A stretch of DNA of 64,000 nt from Microthyrium microscopicum (lineage: Eukaryota). Both the position numbers and the translations under genes were made by a program. Each line of letters starts with the position of its first letter. The first letter of the stretch is position 1. The notes beneath the pieces were generated by a model that worked only from the letters and a program-made list of their open reading frames with translations, was not told the DNA's origin and did not search any database. Shown here piece after piece: positions 1 through 11,725 of the stretch. The stretch spans positions 1,623,345-1,687,344 of the forward strand of contig MU004237.1 of the NCBI GenBank assembly GCA_010405405.1, read 5' to 3'.

Positions 1-1512
1 GCACTGTTTCAGCCAATGGCGCAATAGATGGCATAAAGAAATCTCCGATATTTGACGAACGAATGAATGAATGTAGTTAATATAAAGAGCGATTGTTATA
101 TGATGAATGAATGCATAATGTAAAAAGGAATACAGAAACAGCAACGAAGGAGACGCATCAGGAGAAAAAATCAGCAGCCAGTGGAGTAACTGTGGACGCG
201 ATCGCCTTAAAGTCCAATTCCGGAGAGAAAGCACTCATCGCGTTGAAGGCTTGAAATGGGTGCAAGATTCATGGTTCAAATCTTCTGGCTTCTAGACGGT
301 AGCTAGCCGCAAAGTACAATACGAGTTAGCCTGGGGCAGAATTGGGTGAAGTTGAACGCCATGGCGAGAATAATCACGTTGGGTTTGCTGAATCTAGATG
401 GCTGACGGTGGAGGAACAATACGCTAAGCGTACAAGGCGACGCCCCCTAAAGAGTGGAGCGCTGAAGAACATTCTTGAGAACGTGGTATAGAAGAATTGT
501 AGTACCCCAATTTGGTTGTAAATTCCCGAGTGATTATTCGGGAAACGTTGTAAGAAGATCCAAACTTGCTGCGATTATGCGATAGGAGATGTTGTCCTTC
601 GAATCCACTAGTGTTGAGGTCAAAGTAGGGAATGAAGAGCAAATCTTGGCAGCCTTGAAGGTTAGAGGCTCTTAAAGTACGGAGCTGTGATTTGTGGGGT
701 CTCCATAATGATCGGAGACACGAAAACACGCACGACACGCGTGAGATATTTTTATGCTTTGATTCTCAAGACGCTAGAATCAATCCACGCGTTTGTCAAG
801 AAGGCTAATTCGTGGGGTTAGTATGATCTCGACTGCTTGTCCTTCCAACATCTTCTTGATGTTCAGGAGTCAGGAGTTCAGGTCGTTTCTGGAGTTCGGA
901 CAGAAGGAAGCTCGCAAGAAGGTGGCTTTGAAGTTGTCAACGTTCGAGCTCCACTTCAATTGTCACAATGGGGTCCAAAATACAAAATGTCCAACCATCG
1001 CAGCAGGCGTAGGACCAGATTGTGAATTGACTCTCAGGCGATAAACCCAAGCAAACCGGGGGTACAGAACCAGAAGAGATATTGGTGAAGCTGCAAAGAC
1101 ATGTAAATGATCAAGGTAACAAGCTGATGTGTGAGGAGAGCTGCGAGAGTAGGGAGCATCTTGATCTGTATGACGTCGACTTGCCCACATCTGACTACTC
1201 TTGAGTGGTGACACGACAGCTTCTTATTCTCTGTAATCCGAGTATATACTTATGATCTTTCCATAGGAGATGAAGCACTCGATGATACATCATCATGAAA
1301 GACAGACATAACTGGTAGCATTGAAGTTGAACATTGAAGAGCAGGAACCACGTGCGACATCTGGATACCCCTTATCGGCCCGATCACGGCAATCTACCCG
1401 CACATCTGCGTTCCGGAGGCACGTGCAGTCCTCCACAGGCAGCCGCAGCTCCATCTCTAACATCGTCCTTCATTTATCCTGCTTGCTGGTTTATTCTTTT
1501 AACCATGGCATT

Positions 1513-3190
1513 ATGGCTACGCGCATACCCTTCCCTCGCGATCCCGAACAGTTCGATAAAGACGACCGAGTCTCGTTCGACAAAATTGAAAACAAATGGA
1601 TTCTGGAAGATGATTTCGATCAATCAGAGTGGGAATTCAACGAACTCGTAGGGAAATGGGTTGCCGTCCAACAGATAGATGCGACCGTACTTGAACGTTA
1701 TAATCAGGCGTATGCGGTTCCTGGTGTATCCGATGAGGCGGAGACTGCGGCAACGAAGCGCAAGCGTGAACAACTGGCAAATGGAGAGGTAAGAATCCAT
1801 GGCGCAAAACCATCTTGGTGTTTCCCCATTAGCAGAGCATGTTATCGCGACCATTGAGTGGTATAGGAACTACATGGCGGCAGCCAGAGCCAAGATCATG
1901 GGGCTTTCAGCAAGGATCTATATAGCATGTATAACAGACACCCGTAGCACTCAGTGGCCATCATAACATGTTCTCCTCAACTTAATTGATCGCTATTAGG
2001 TGGACAAAATGACTGGCGTGCTTCCATTCGTTCGCTGGCTGGCATCGTCGGCTAGACGAAGAGCCTGCTTCCTCTTCGTTCAAGAATGCAATGGCTGCTA
2101 CTGCAACCAATTGTCGCGCCACTTATTTTGTTCACCTGTTCACCTGTTCGCAGACGTCTACTGCCCATGATGGGTTCAACGTCATTGTATATCGATAGCA
2201 TGCACTAACAAAATCCAGGCTTCTGGCACAAACAAACGAAAAAAGCCCGATCAACCCAAAACCGAACGCAAGAACACCGCAGTATACGTGACTGGCCTTC
2301 CACAAGACACCGACATCGAAGAAGTAAACACCGTCTTCTCCAAATACGGAGTCATTGCCGAAGAAATCGATAGCGGTCTACCACGAATCAAGATATACAA
2401 GGACGATGATGGCAAACTCAAAGGCGATGCTCTGGTTGTATACTTCCGACCAGAGTCAGTGGCACTGGCAATTCAAATGCTGGATGATACCGACTTTCGT
2501 TTCGGGCAAACAGGTCCGGATGGCACTTTGAAAGTCAAAGCCGCAGAATATACATACAAAAAGACCAAAGAAGCGCCTGGTGTTCAAAAGAATAGCAAGG
2601 ATAAGAATAAGATCATCAAAAAGACACAGAAGTTGAACAGGTATGTTCTTACCATCTGATTCTCAAGACACTGCTAACTGTGCTTTAGCAAACTCACCAA
2701 CTGGGACGACGAAGACTCTCCACCACCAAAACGAAACCCCAAGTGGGACAAGCTAGTCATCCTGAAGCACATGTTCACATTGAAAGAACTAGAAGAAGAC
2801 CCTGTTTCAATCCTCGATATCAAGGAAGATATTCGTGAAGAAGGCGAGAGACTTGGTCAAGTCACAAACGTTGTTTTATACGATAAAGAGCCCGAGGGAA
2901 TTGTCACCATACGCTTTTCATCGGCAGAATCTGCCATGAAATGTGTCCATGTATGTAAAGATTCCAACTCAATCAGACCATTGCTAATAATCATACAGCT
3001 TATGGACGGACGATCATATGGCGGTCAAAAGGTTGTGGCCTATATCTCCGATGGAAGTGAAAGATTCAAGAAATCGGATGTAAAGAAGGCCGCCATAGCA
3101 GACGATGATGACGAGGAGGAGCAGGAGAGACTTGACGAGTTTGGCGCTTGGCTTGAGGGCAAGACTGAGAGTACGGCGCAAGGTACATGA
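1513..3190 (+). CDS. CUS2: U2 snRNP-associated splicing factor CUS2/Uap2/Tat-SF1 (RRM + UHM), 4 exons
   Basis: Exons approx. 1513-1788, 2219-2640, 2689-2950, 2999-3190 join in frame across GT..AG introns. Motifs: NTAVYVTGLP..VFSKYGVIAEEID..PRIKIYKDDDGKLKGDALVVY (RRM1) and VILKHMFTLKELEEDP..DIKEDIREE..VTNVVLYD (UHM). Confidence 0.9.
1824..2190 (+). ncRNA. Putative structured RNA element inside CUS2 intron 1 (class unknown)
   Basis: Complementary segments, several with G-U pairs: 1834-1845/1963-1974, 1851-1860/1948-1957, 1871-1876/1926-1931, 2014-2020/2115-2121, 2035-2043/2047-2055, 2056-2063/2072-2079, 2089-2098/2103-2113. The intron (1789-2218) is 430 nt; most introns here are about 50 nt. 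Confidence 0.5.
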
Positions 3191-4392
3191 CAGGAGACCT
3201 GTATCAATGTCCATGTTCTCAGCATAATGTATAGTTTTGTATAAAAAAAGGACGGGCAGAATCCCAAATGAACCGCAATCCTGCCTGAATGACCATGATG
3301 GAACCCTCAACTTCTGCAGAATCCGCTGTTCTATGAGCGCCGAGGTGGTCACCATGTTTATTCCCAAAGCTCAACAATTAATACCATCCACAAGCACCCT
3401 TGGCACCAATTGACTATCGAATACCTTGCTCGCCACAGATACACACATACCATCCACTCACACAAACCAACCACAAGCAAATCAAGCCACCCTCCACATC
3501 ATAGGCAATGCTACCCGCATCACATCGAATACGAAATACGAAGAAAAATCCGGCATTCTGGCCCGTTCCTGGCGCGTCCACCGGCTCGGGAAAGCACAGA
3601 ATAGTTCGTCTGTACCCTCGGCACTTGCGTTAGAACATCTGCATACTGCAATGAAAGGACTAAAGGACGAAAGGACTTCAGGGTCCAGCGTGGGATGGGA
3701 ATGGAGATAGTTTTCCTCCAAAAGCAAAAGCAACAACTCTTAAAGAAAGTACTAGGGGACGAAATAGTGTGTGTGTCTCTAAGATTTAAGCGATGTACAT
3801 CCTAGGCGTTAAATTGGGCGTCATTGGTTCTGGGGTAATTGTATTTAGTTCCTTCAAAATGGTAGAGATGGCGAATTCTTTGGCTTGTAATAGGATATGA
3901 AGTAATCCAAGCGAGAGTACCTCACGGCAAGAACCGACATTACGGTGCCAATATACTTTATTCAGGCAGACAAGTTACCTGCATATGCGCAAGTTAAACA
4001 TGCAATTGCTTGTTACTTTTTATTGTTTGGTGGGGGACATCGATGAACCTTTTTTTCCAATATAAGGGCCGAAGGATTCTTTGCATGCAATTTACGGTTC
4101 ATTATCTTGAAAGTAGGCCCGCCGGCGAACGATTTGAGAGATAGTGTGTTATTTTTGTTGTTCATATGTATCTATCTATTGCCTGGTATGTATGTAGTTC
4201 TTTTTTTTTGTTTCTGAGATTCTTCTTGCGACTCGCGAGATATTTTGTATGGAATGCTTGGATGTGTGATAGGATAGAGGGAGAAAAAGAGATGTGAATG
4301 GCGGGATCAATGGCGATTGCATTATCGGGTTCGAGTCGCTGGGTGCATGATCCGCGGTTTGCATGGCTTGGATCCGAATTGATAATGCTAGT

Positions 4393-4468
4393 TGGGACAT
4401 GGTATTGCTCTACTGGGACGTGGTGTTGCTCTGCTGGAACATGGTGATGGACCTGGAATGTGGCGATG
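4393..4468. repeat. Degenerate ~21-bp minisatellite (3-4 copies)
   Basis: tgggacatggtattgctctac / tgggacgtggtgttgctctgc / tggaacatggtgatggacc / tggaatgtggcgatg. Confidence 0.7.
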
Positions 4469-4724
4469 AAGGAAAGGGGAGGTTTGCTTTTGTCTTTCGG
4501 GGATCACTGACGGCCTTTGATGGTCTATGGATTTTAGTCTGGAGACACGTATCCCAGTATTTGCTGGGTGGTAGGGCATTAGATCAGCAATATTCAACGA
4601 TGTCAGAACGGATACTCGTCAAACCGTTGATATGTGGGTGTACTGGCATGACTGAGGTGGGTATAACGTGGCTTTGACAGGTCTGACACCTGGAGCAGTG
4701 GAGGCATCCTTGGAGGCGAGTGGC

Positions 4725-5749
4725 TGATAGGTAATTGTTGCATATCATTGCTGAATGCTACCTCCACGAGCAGGGCAATGAAACATGGATTCCAGCCTCT
4801 GATATCTTGTTTGCTTGCAAATGGCCGCCGTGATAACTACCGCCCAAGCCGAACTACGGTTTGAGAAAGTGTGGTTGTTACAACCTGGGTGCCAACCACG
4901 AGGTTTGAAAATCACAATTACAAGTTTGACAGGTCATGTTTAGGCCAGCATCATGGCGGTGAAAAGAAGCAAGATGTTCCAGTGACGAATGGGAGAGGAA
5001 AGAAGTCAAAGGCATGTACGGGGGTTGTCAGATGGTCTACTGGTAAGATAATCGTTGCGCATGTCGCCAGGCTATCGCCAAGCTATTGAACGGCCAAGTC
5101 GGTGATGGTGAAAGATGCACAAGCTTTTGCAAGTGTGTTTGTGCTTGATGCATGTTATTTGCAGAGTCAAGGAGCTCAGTAAGGCTGGGTGGTGGTGATA
5201 GAAATGGTACGATTGGGAGGCTTGGCGCATATAAATTTGGCGCGGTGTTGATTGAAGTGTTGAGGTGTTGAGGGGCCTGGGGAAGGGATAAGTGATCGAC
5301 ATGACCCATGAATTGCGTCTAAATTGACCCTGGCACTCCCGGCACACGAGCTCAAGCTCTGGCACTCTGCACAATCACGGTCAATGCCAAGTGGAGAGAC
5401 GTTGTGGAGTGATACTCAATACACTACAGGCAGTAGGACCGAGTAGGTACGATAGATTGTACTACGAAGGCAGCGCGGGATAAGATATTTTGAGCTGCGG
5501 GCCATGAAGCTTGTCTGCTTGTCTACCTCGTGGAAAATGACAAGTTTGCAGGAAAAAGAAGCTTAGACAAAGTGATCATGGTTAGAATGACCCAGCGTAC
5601 CCAGCTACGGTACCCAGGGAGTGGTACGATGTGTGAAAGGGCCCCAAGACAGTCGGGCGGCTCAGAGATGCAGGACAGTAAGCGCAAGCGTGGGGAGCGT
5701 AATAGGATTGGCAAAAGCAGGAAAAGCAGCAGAGCGGGCAACTGATAAG
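4725..5749 (+). promoter_or_regulatory. Cluster of GATA(A/G) sites, likely AreA/Nit2 nitrogen-regulation elements upstream of the ammonium transporter
   Basis: GATAR on the + strand at about 4725, 4831, 5046, 5196, 5286, 5450, 5478 and 5743. Fungal Amt/Mep genes are established GATA-factor targets. Confidence 0.45.
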
Positions 5750-6967
5750 GGCGTTCAAAGACGGGTACGAACCCCAGTACCGCCTGGACCATTTAGGGGT
5801 GGGGAGGGAGAGGAAATCCAATCAGTTGAGGTTGTTGGCGACAATATTGTTTAAGCTGGCTGGTGTTGTGGGTAGACCAGGGCAGACTGAGCAGGCAAGC
5901 CCAGGAGAGTGGAGATGGTTTTTTGACTCTTTGTCGGAAGCGAACAGCCCAGACTGTGGTCCAAGAGCCCACGCGGCCCGAAGCTATTCTTGTTTGATCA
6001 ACTATAGAGATTAGTCAGGAAGATATTGCAACAGCTCAATGTTTTTCTCTCTCTTTGGAGTATAGAGACTCTCTTGAGTAGTGTAAGTTGACTTCCTAAA
6101 CAGGACTAGTAGCGGCCTTGGTAGAGATAGTGGCTTTTCCCTTGTTCCGGCATGACCCTGGAGCAGTCTGATCCAATCCTGTCCCATCAATCGATCCTCC
6201 ACTACGCTGGGTAGCCCAGGCTTGCATTTGGCTCTGCTTAACGGACTCACAGACTCAACGCTCTTTTGCGGCTTGCCTGCAGTTCTGGCTGACCTCTCGC
6301 CGGACTAACTGGCAAAAAATGGGAGAGCCAGTCTAACTGCTCTTGTCCTTCCCTGTACTCTAGAGTAGGCCATACACACTCCTTTAACCCCCCAAAAAAT
6401 CCCACCCCAGACCTTCAATTGATCAAAGATCCCATGCTGGCCCGGTTGCTTGACTTGATCTGCTTGTCTGCTTTTGCTAAAAACACTCCAAAAGCCATTT
6501 CAAGCCAACAACCTTTAACTTCAAATCCGCGCCATCTTCTTCAATTATACCACCTACACCTTCTAACAACCCATCCGAGCACCACCAGCGCCAATCTGTC
6601 TCGCCCTTCTACTGAACTTGGTCCGCCTTTGATCAATCCTCTATCTGGTCCTTCCTTTGCGTTTGCGGTTATTTTGCATTAGAGATTGCGGCCCCGCGGA
6701 CTCCTACTTTCCAAGACACTCTGACGGTCCTATTGTCGGCTTCACTGCTTGACAGTCTGGTGGACTTAATTTTCCGGATACTACATCTTTGTTAAACCTT
6801 TCATTTCAATCACCTCTGGATCCTGTATCTCGTCACTCTTTACCTGAGCTGGTTGATAGACTATCCACTCCCCACGCCCTGCGCCTTACAACATCTCATT
6901 CTCCTTATATTATCTTCCACCAGTATTAAGAACTACTCAACCTACTATTTCTTGAGGGGACGACATC

Positions 6968-8756
6968 ATGAGCATTCCCGCTACGGCCACGGACCCGTAT
7001 GTCGTTAAAATACCTTATCCCACAGATGGAAGTCTCCCCGCAACCGGAGGAGATTCATTAACACAAGACTTGAATCTCTATTACAATGTTAGCATTGTCT
7101 CTGTCTTTTCGCATACTTATGTCTAACATCTCTTCAGGCCGGCGATATAGCATGGATTCTCACATCAACAGCCCTCGTCTTACTGATGATTCCAGGTGTT
7201 GGGTAAGCTATACAAACTACAACTGATAAGCATTTAACTGACAATCACAGCTTCTTTTACTCTGGTCTAGCTAGAAGAAAGTCTGCTCTTTCATTATTAT
7301 GGCTCTCAGTAATGGGAACTGCTGTAATATCGTTGCAATGGTTCTTCTGGGGCTATTCTCTTGCCTTTTCTCACACCGCAAGCAAGTTTATCGGAAACCT
7401 TGATAACATCGGTCTACGCGGTGTTCTAGGTCAACCATCGGTTGGAAGTCATCTAATCCCAGATCTTCTATATGCTGTCTACCAATGCATGTTCGCCTGT
7501 ATTACGTGAGTATTCTGCCTCTAAATTCATAAAGCATATACTGATTGGAATAGGGTCGTTCTTGCCGTAGGCGCTGTAGCAGAACGAGGTCGCATGCTAC
7601 CATGTCTTCTATACATGTTCATCTGGTCTACCCTCATCTACGATCCAATTGCTTGCTGGACCTGGAATCCTCGTGGATGGATCGCCATTAAGGGTGGCCT
7701 CGATTTCGCCGGTGGTACCCCCGTTCATATCTCCAGTGGTACTGCAGCTCTGGCCTATTCGTACATGCTCGGAAAACGACGAGGACATGGTACTCAAGAA
7801 CTCAACTATCGTCCCCATAACGTTACCCACATTGTCATTGGCACAGTCTTCCTATGGGTCGGCTGGTTTGGATTCAACGCCGGTTCAGCTTTGGGCGCAA
7901 ATCTCAGAGCTGTCATGGCTGCTGTCGTCACCAATCTCGCTGCTTGTGTTGGAGGAATGACTTGGTGCCTCGTTGATTATCGGTTGGAAAAGAAGTGGTC
8001 AACAGTCGGCTTCTGCTCCGGTGTTATTGCCGGGTTAGTTGCTATTACACCAGGATCCGGATACGTCCCAGCTTGGGCCGCTGTTGTTTTCGGTGTATGC
8101 GGTGGTGTGTGCTGCAACTATGCCACCAAGCTCAAGTACTTCCTCCGATGCGACGATGCTCTCGATATCTTTGCCGTTCATGGAATTGGCGGCCTTGTTG
8201 GTAACATTCTTACTGGATTCTTTGCTGCGTAAGTACTTGCTTCCTCGCATAAAATAACGACTAACCCTGCAAAGCGATTACATAGCACATCTAGATGGTT
8301 ACACCGTCATCGACGGAGGTTGGTTAAACCACCATTGGATTCAATTAGGCTATCAACTCGCCGACTCCTTCTCCGGTGGCGCATACTCCTTCTTTGGAAC
8401 CTGCATCATTCTAGGAATCCTCGATTTTATCGGCCGTTACATTCCCGCCCTTCGCCTACGCGCATCACCCGAAGAAGAAATTCTCGGAATTGACGATGTT
8501 GAAATCGGCGAATTTGCCGTACGTTCACTCCCACTGCCTTGTGCCAAACTCGTTTGCTAACTTTTATTTGTAGTACGATTACGTGGAACTATCCCGCGAC
8601 GTAAAACCACTCGAAGACGACGACTTGTCGCAAAACTCAGGTGCCGCCGAATACATGCCCGGTCAGGCGTATATTCCTGACGAACATCCAGAAAAGAGCC
8701 ACGAATCGACGCGCTCGACACAACCTTTACGCGATCTGCAATTTGTCGACCAATAA
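6968..8756 (+). CDS. meaA: Ammonium transporter (Amt/Mep family, MeaA-like), 6 exons
   Basis: Exons approx. 6968-7087, 7138-7202, 7250-7505, 7554-8228, 8275-8518, 8574-8756. Motifs: LVLLMIPGVGFFYSGLARRKS, LDFAGGTPVHISSG, LWVGWFGFNAGS, DDALDIFAVHGIGG, GIDDVEIGEFAYDYVEL. Family call is firm; the MeaA paralog assignment is from recall and tentative. Confidence 0.92.
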
Positions 8757-9769
8757 ACCTCCCCCGAGCGAAGCGAGGCCTCTCTTCATCTTCTCCCTCG
8801 GAGTCCTCCTCTCACGAATCCCTACCGTAGGGCCCTTTTTCGCAGAAAAAATAATGCATATAAACCTTCCTCCCTCCACCTCTCAAAACCCGCGGAGGCT
8901 ATTCTAATTCCCCTCGAATTCACCCTGGCGTTATCCGACCATCAGTCCTATCTATATTCCTGACTCGGCTGTCAATACTCTGTCATTTTTGCAAAAGGTG
9001 GTAGTTGTGTTTGTCTGGGTGTTTCTTTCGGGGAATACCATTTTTTGTATATTGAGCATCGAAGAAGGAAAAGGGGTTTCATGGAGTCCAAATGGGTTGC
9101 AGCGGGAATTAGATGGGGATGCAGGTGATGAGGAGTTGTCATGAATGTCATGTTGGTGTTGTATGTATGTATGTGTGTAATGCAGTCAATAGCTTGAATT
9201 GATTGGAAGAGTTTTCTCTTGATTGAAAGATTGGTCTCATACTCTATCTCTTGAGTTACTGCTCCATCTCCTGTCTCTGTAAGTAATCTACCCACCCTCC
9301 TGGTAATGTCAACACTCCTTTCTGCGTACAGATATCACCACTCGCGGATCGCTTAATTCTGCTCCTCTCTTCTAAGCTAGCGAGCTGCCCTATTTTTATT
9401 CTTTACCAAAGCTCCTTTCCTTGAAATTGGATCACCATCTCGCTTGCTGTATCAATGCGCGCCTCGGTTGTCATATGTTTCAACAAGTTGTTTAGCAAAT
9501 GAGCTATTAACAGATGAAACGAAACATGACTAGATAAGTTCAAGACGCTATCAGGAGTGTTGCAAAGAGGCATTAGTCAATAGAATAGACTTGCTATCTA
9601 TACATCATCTAACTAGCCGTGCTAGCTTAGGTATGTACTAGACTATACATGCCTTTTCTCTCAATCACCACGTTCCGGCTCCTTTCGGACCTTCTCACTC
9701 GGCCCTTCTCACTCGACCTTCCTCAGTGGACACACTATCAGTTCAACAGCTAATCCGAATGTAAAAGAA

Positions 9770-10969
9770 TCAGTTGAAATTCCGACCCGGTCTTCCCGGT
9801 CCATCGGGTACATAGTACTTCCTTCGCTCCACAGACAATTCAATCGCCCATTGCCGTGCCTGCCGAGTAACCTTTTCTTTGCGTTGCATTTTACGCTCTG
9901 TTACCATGACTGCTTGCTTCTGCGCGTCACTGAGGCCTAGTAGACCCAGTTCGCCGCGCCGTGCTATCTGGCGGCTGCTGCTGCCTGATGTTCCTGTGGC
10001 TGCTGGTGTCTGGGTGTCCTCAGTTCCTTGGGCCTCTTGCTCGCGACTTATTTCGTCTTTTGGTTCCAGGGAGTCGTTGGTGATGGCTTTACGGGTCCGC
10101 TTGGACTGCGTGCGTTTTTTGAGTAGACAGTTCAGAGGGACGGGCGTGTGGGCGCGAGAAGTTATGAGCCTGCCGGAGGGGAGACGGAGCTCTGTGCTGG
10201 AGAGGGAATGAGGTTGTGGACTTTTCTGGAACTTTGATGGGCCGGGAACTGCTGGCGTGTTGTTCTCGTTCTGGTCTTCCTCTTCGTCTGAGTTGTCGGT
10301 GCTGCCGGAAAAGTCCCAGAAGTCGAGCAATTCAGACTCGGTGTCGAAGTTGATCATGCAGTGGCCCTTGTCGGCCATATGCTGGCGAATACCTTCTGCG
10401 GAATTGCGGGCTGTGCCGCAGTATAGACATTCGTGGTATTGGGAGATGATGAGACGGAGGTAGGTGATTAATGTTTGTTTGTCGACTAGGTGTTCTGGAT
10501 CAGGGATGAAGAAGCTGTGCTCGGAAAGCATGTGGGCTATATTTTGGTCAAGTGTGGTCGAGTCGGTTGAGCAGAAAAGACATTGTGAGGGAGCGACGTT
10601 TTTGATATCGCGGGATCCTTCTGATTCTTCTAGCTCAGACTCTTCGTCCTCGTCTTCAACGTCAAGGTCGAACATGTCTTTTTCAACACGAGCCATTTGC
10701 TCTTCGAATTTGTCGTGGAAGACTTCGTAGGTGATGGGTGGTAACTTGGCCATTTTGCGTTTGAGGTTGTATACACTGTTGAAGAGTCAGATATGGTCCG
10801 AGGCTTTGGCACGGGGTACTTACTGCCATGGTTGCTTCATGTGTTCTCTCTGAGCTTCAGATGTGCCGAATGATATAGCGCATGAGTTACATGGAAAGCG
10901 GTTAGATGTGGATGGAGCTGGAGAAGTCGATTCAGCGCTTGCGCCAGAGCCTGTTCCAGTGCCGACCAT
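9770..10969 (-). CDS. REI1/ZNF622-family C2H2 zinc-finger protein (TRI15-like short paralog), 2 exons
   Basis: Intron 10823-10776 joins FPCNSCAISF..QREHMKQPW-H-VYNLKRKMAKLPPI. Further fingers CLFC..HMLSEHSFFIP and CLYC..QHMADKGHC; ELRLPSGR motif. Confidence 0.85.
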
Positions 10970-11725
10970 GATGAGGTTTTTGGGTGGTCTCAATCGAGTG
11001 TCGGTCGTCAAGGAGATTGTTGTGTTGAAAGGGTTGATAGAGGTTGAGTGGTCAATATGGGGGAGTGTGAAATTATATCGGCAGGTTGAAGATATATGTA
11101 GTTTCAAGACTTTTGCTGGAGTCAACGGTCGTGGCTGAGCTGCTTCCTAGTCGCGATATATCTCCCGATGTAGAAGTAACAGTAACACAAAAGCTGCAAG
11201 GAGGCAAGGGCCGGGTGAAATTCATCCATTGACCTCAAATTTATTGACCAATCAACTCTCTCTCCAAGATGATTCATAATGACTCCAACAGCATGGCAAA
11301 ATGAATGGCGTTCTTCCATCAACTCTGATGGCTACCACTAGCACTGCTAACTAAAAGGTCCTTTAATTCCTATCGTATCTGATAAATATTCCCAAGCCCA
11401 ACACTCTTTATGGCAAATAAAGCACTCGATGACAGACCGTAGCGTCTAGGCGCGATCAGAGTTAATAGGAGTACGCCATTTATTTTGCCATGCCGTTGTG
11501 ACTCTACCAGGAGGTATAGTTATGGATTCAACTAACCTCAGCCTCCCAGCCACATTATTTTATGACTCTTTCATCCCTTTCAAAATCCTACTAAGGCTGG
11601 ACCAGGAGTATGGATCTGCTCTATTCTTTGCTGCGCCACCATACATGTAGGTAGCTTTGAATAAAATTCCAGTCACAACAAGACACCAACTATACTTTGC
11701 AAACCTTCCACTAGAGCTTGTCCTT

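Noticed and set aside
424..1214. Short ORFs on both strands that might be a decayed minus-strand gene
   Set aside because: Frames are interrupted by stops, with no recognisable domain or consistent splice model.
4322..4345. GGTTCGAGTC, resembling a tRNA T-loop/B box
   Set aside because: Flanks do not form a T stem or acceptor stem, and there is no cloverleaf. Similar hits near 272, 41451 and 52194 fail the same way.
9687..9730. About 14-bp degenerate repeat (ccttctcactcg) downstream of the REI1-like gene
   Set aside because: Only 2-3 copies; ordinary slippage.
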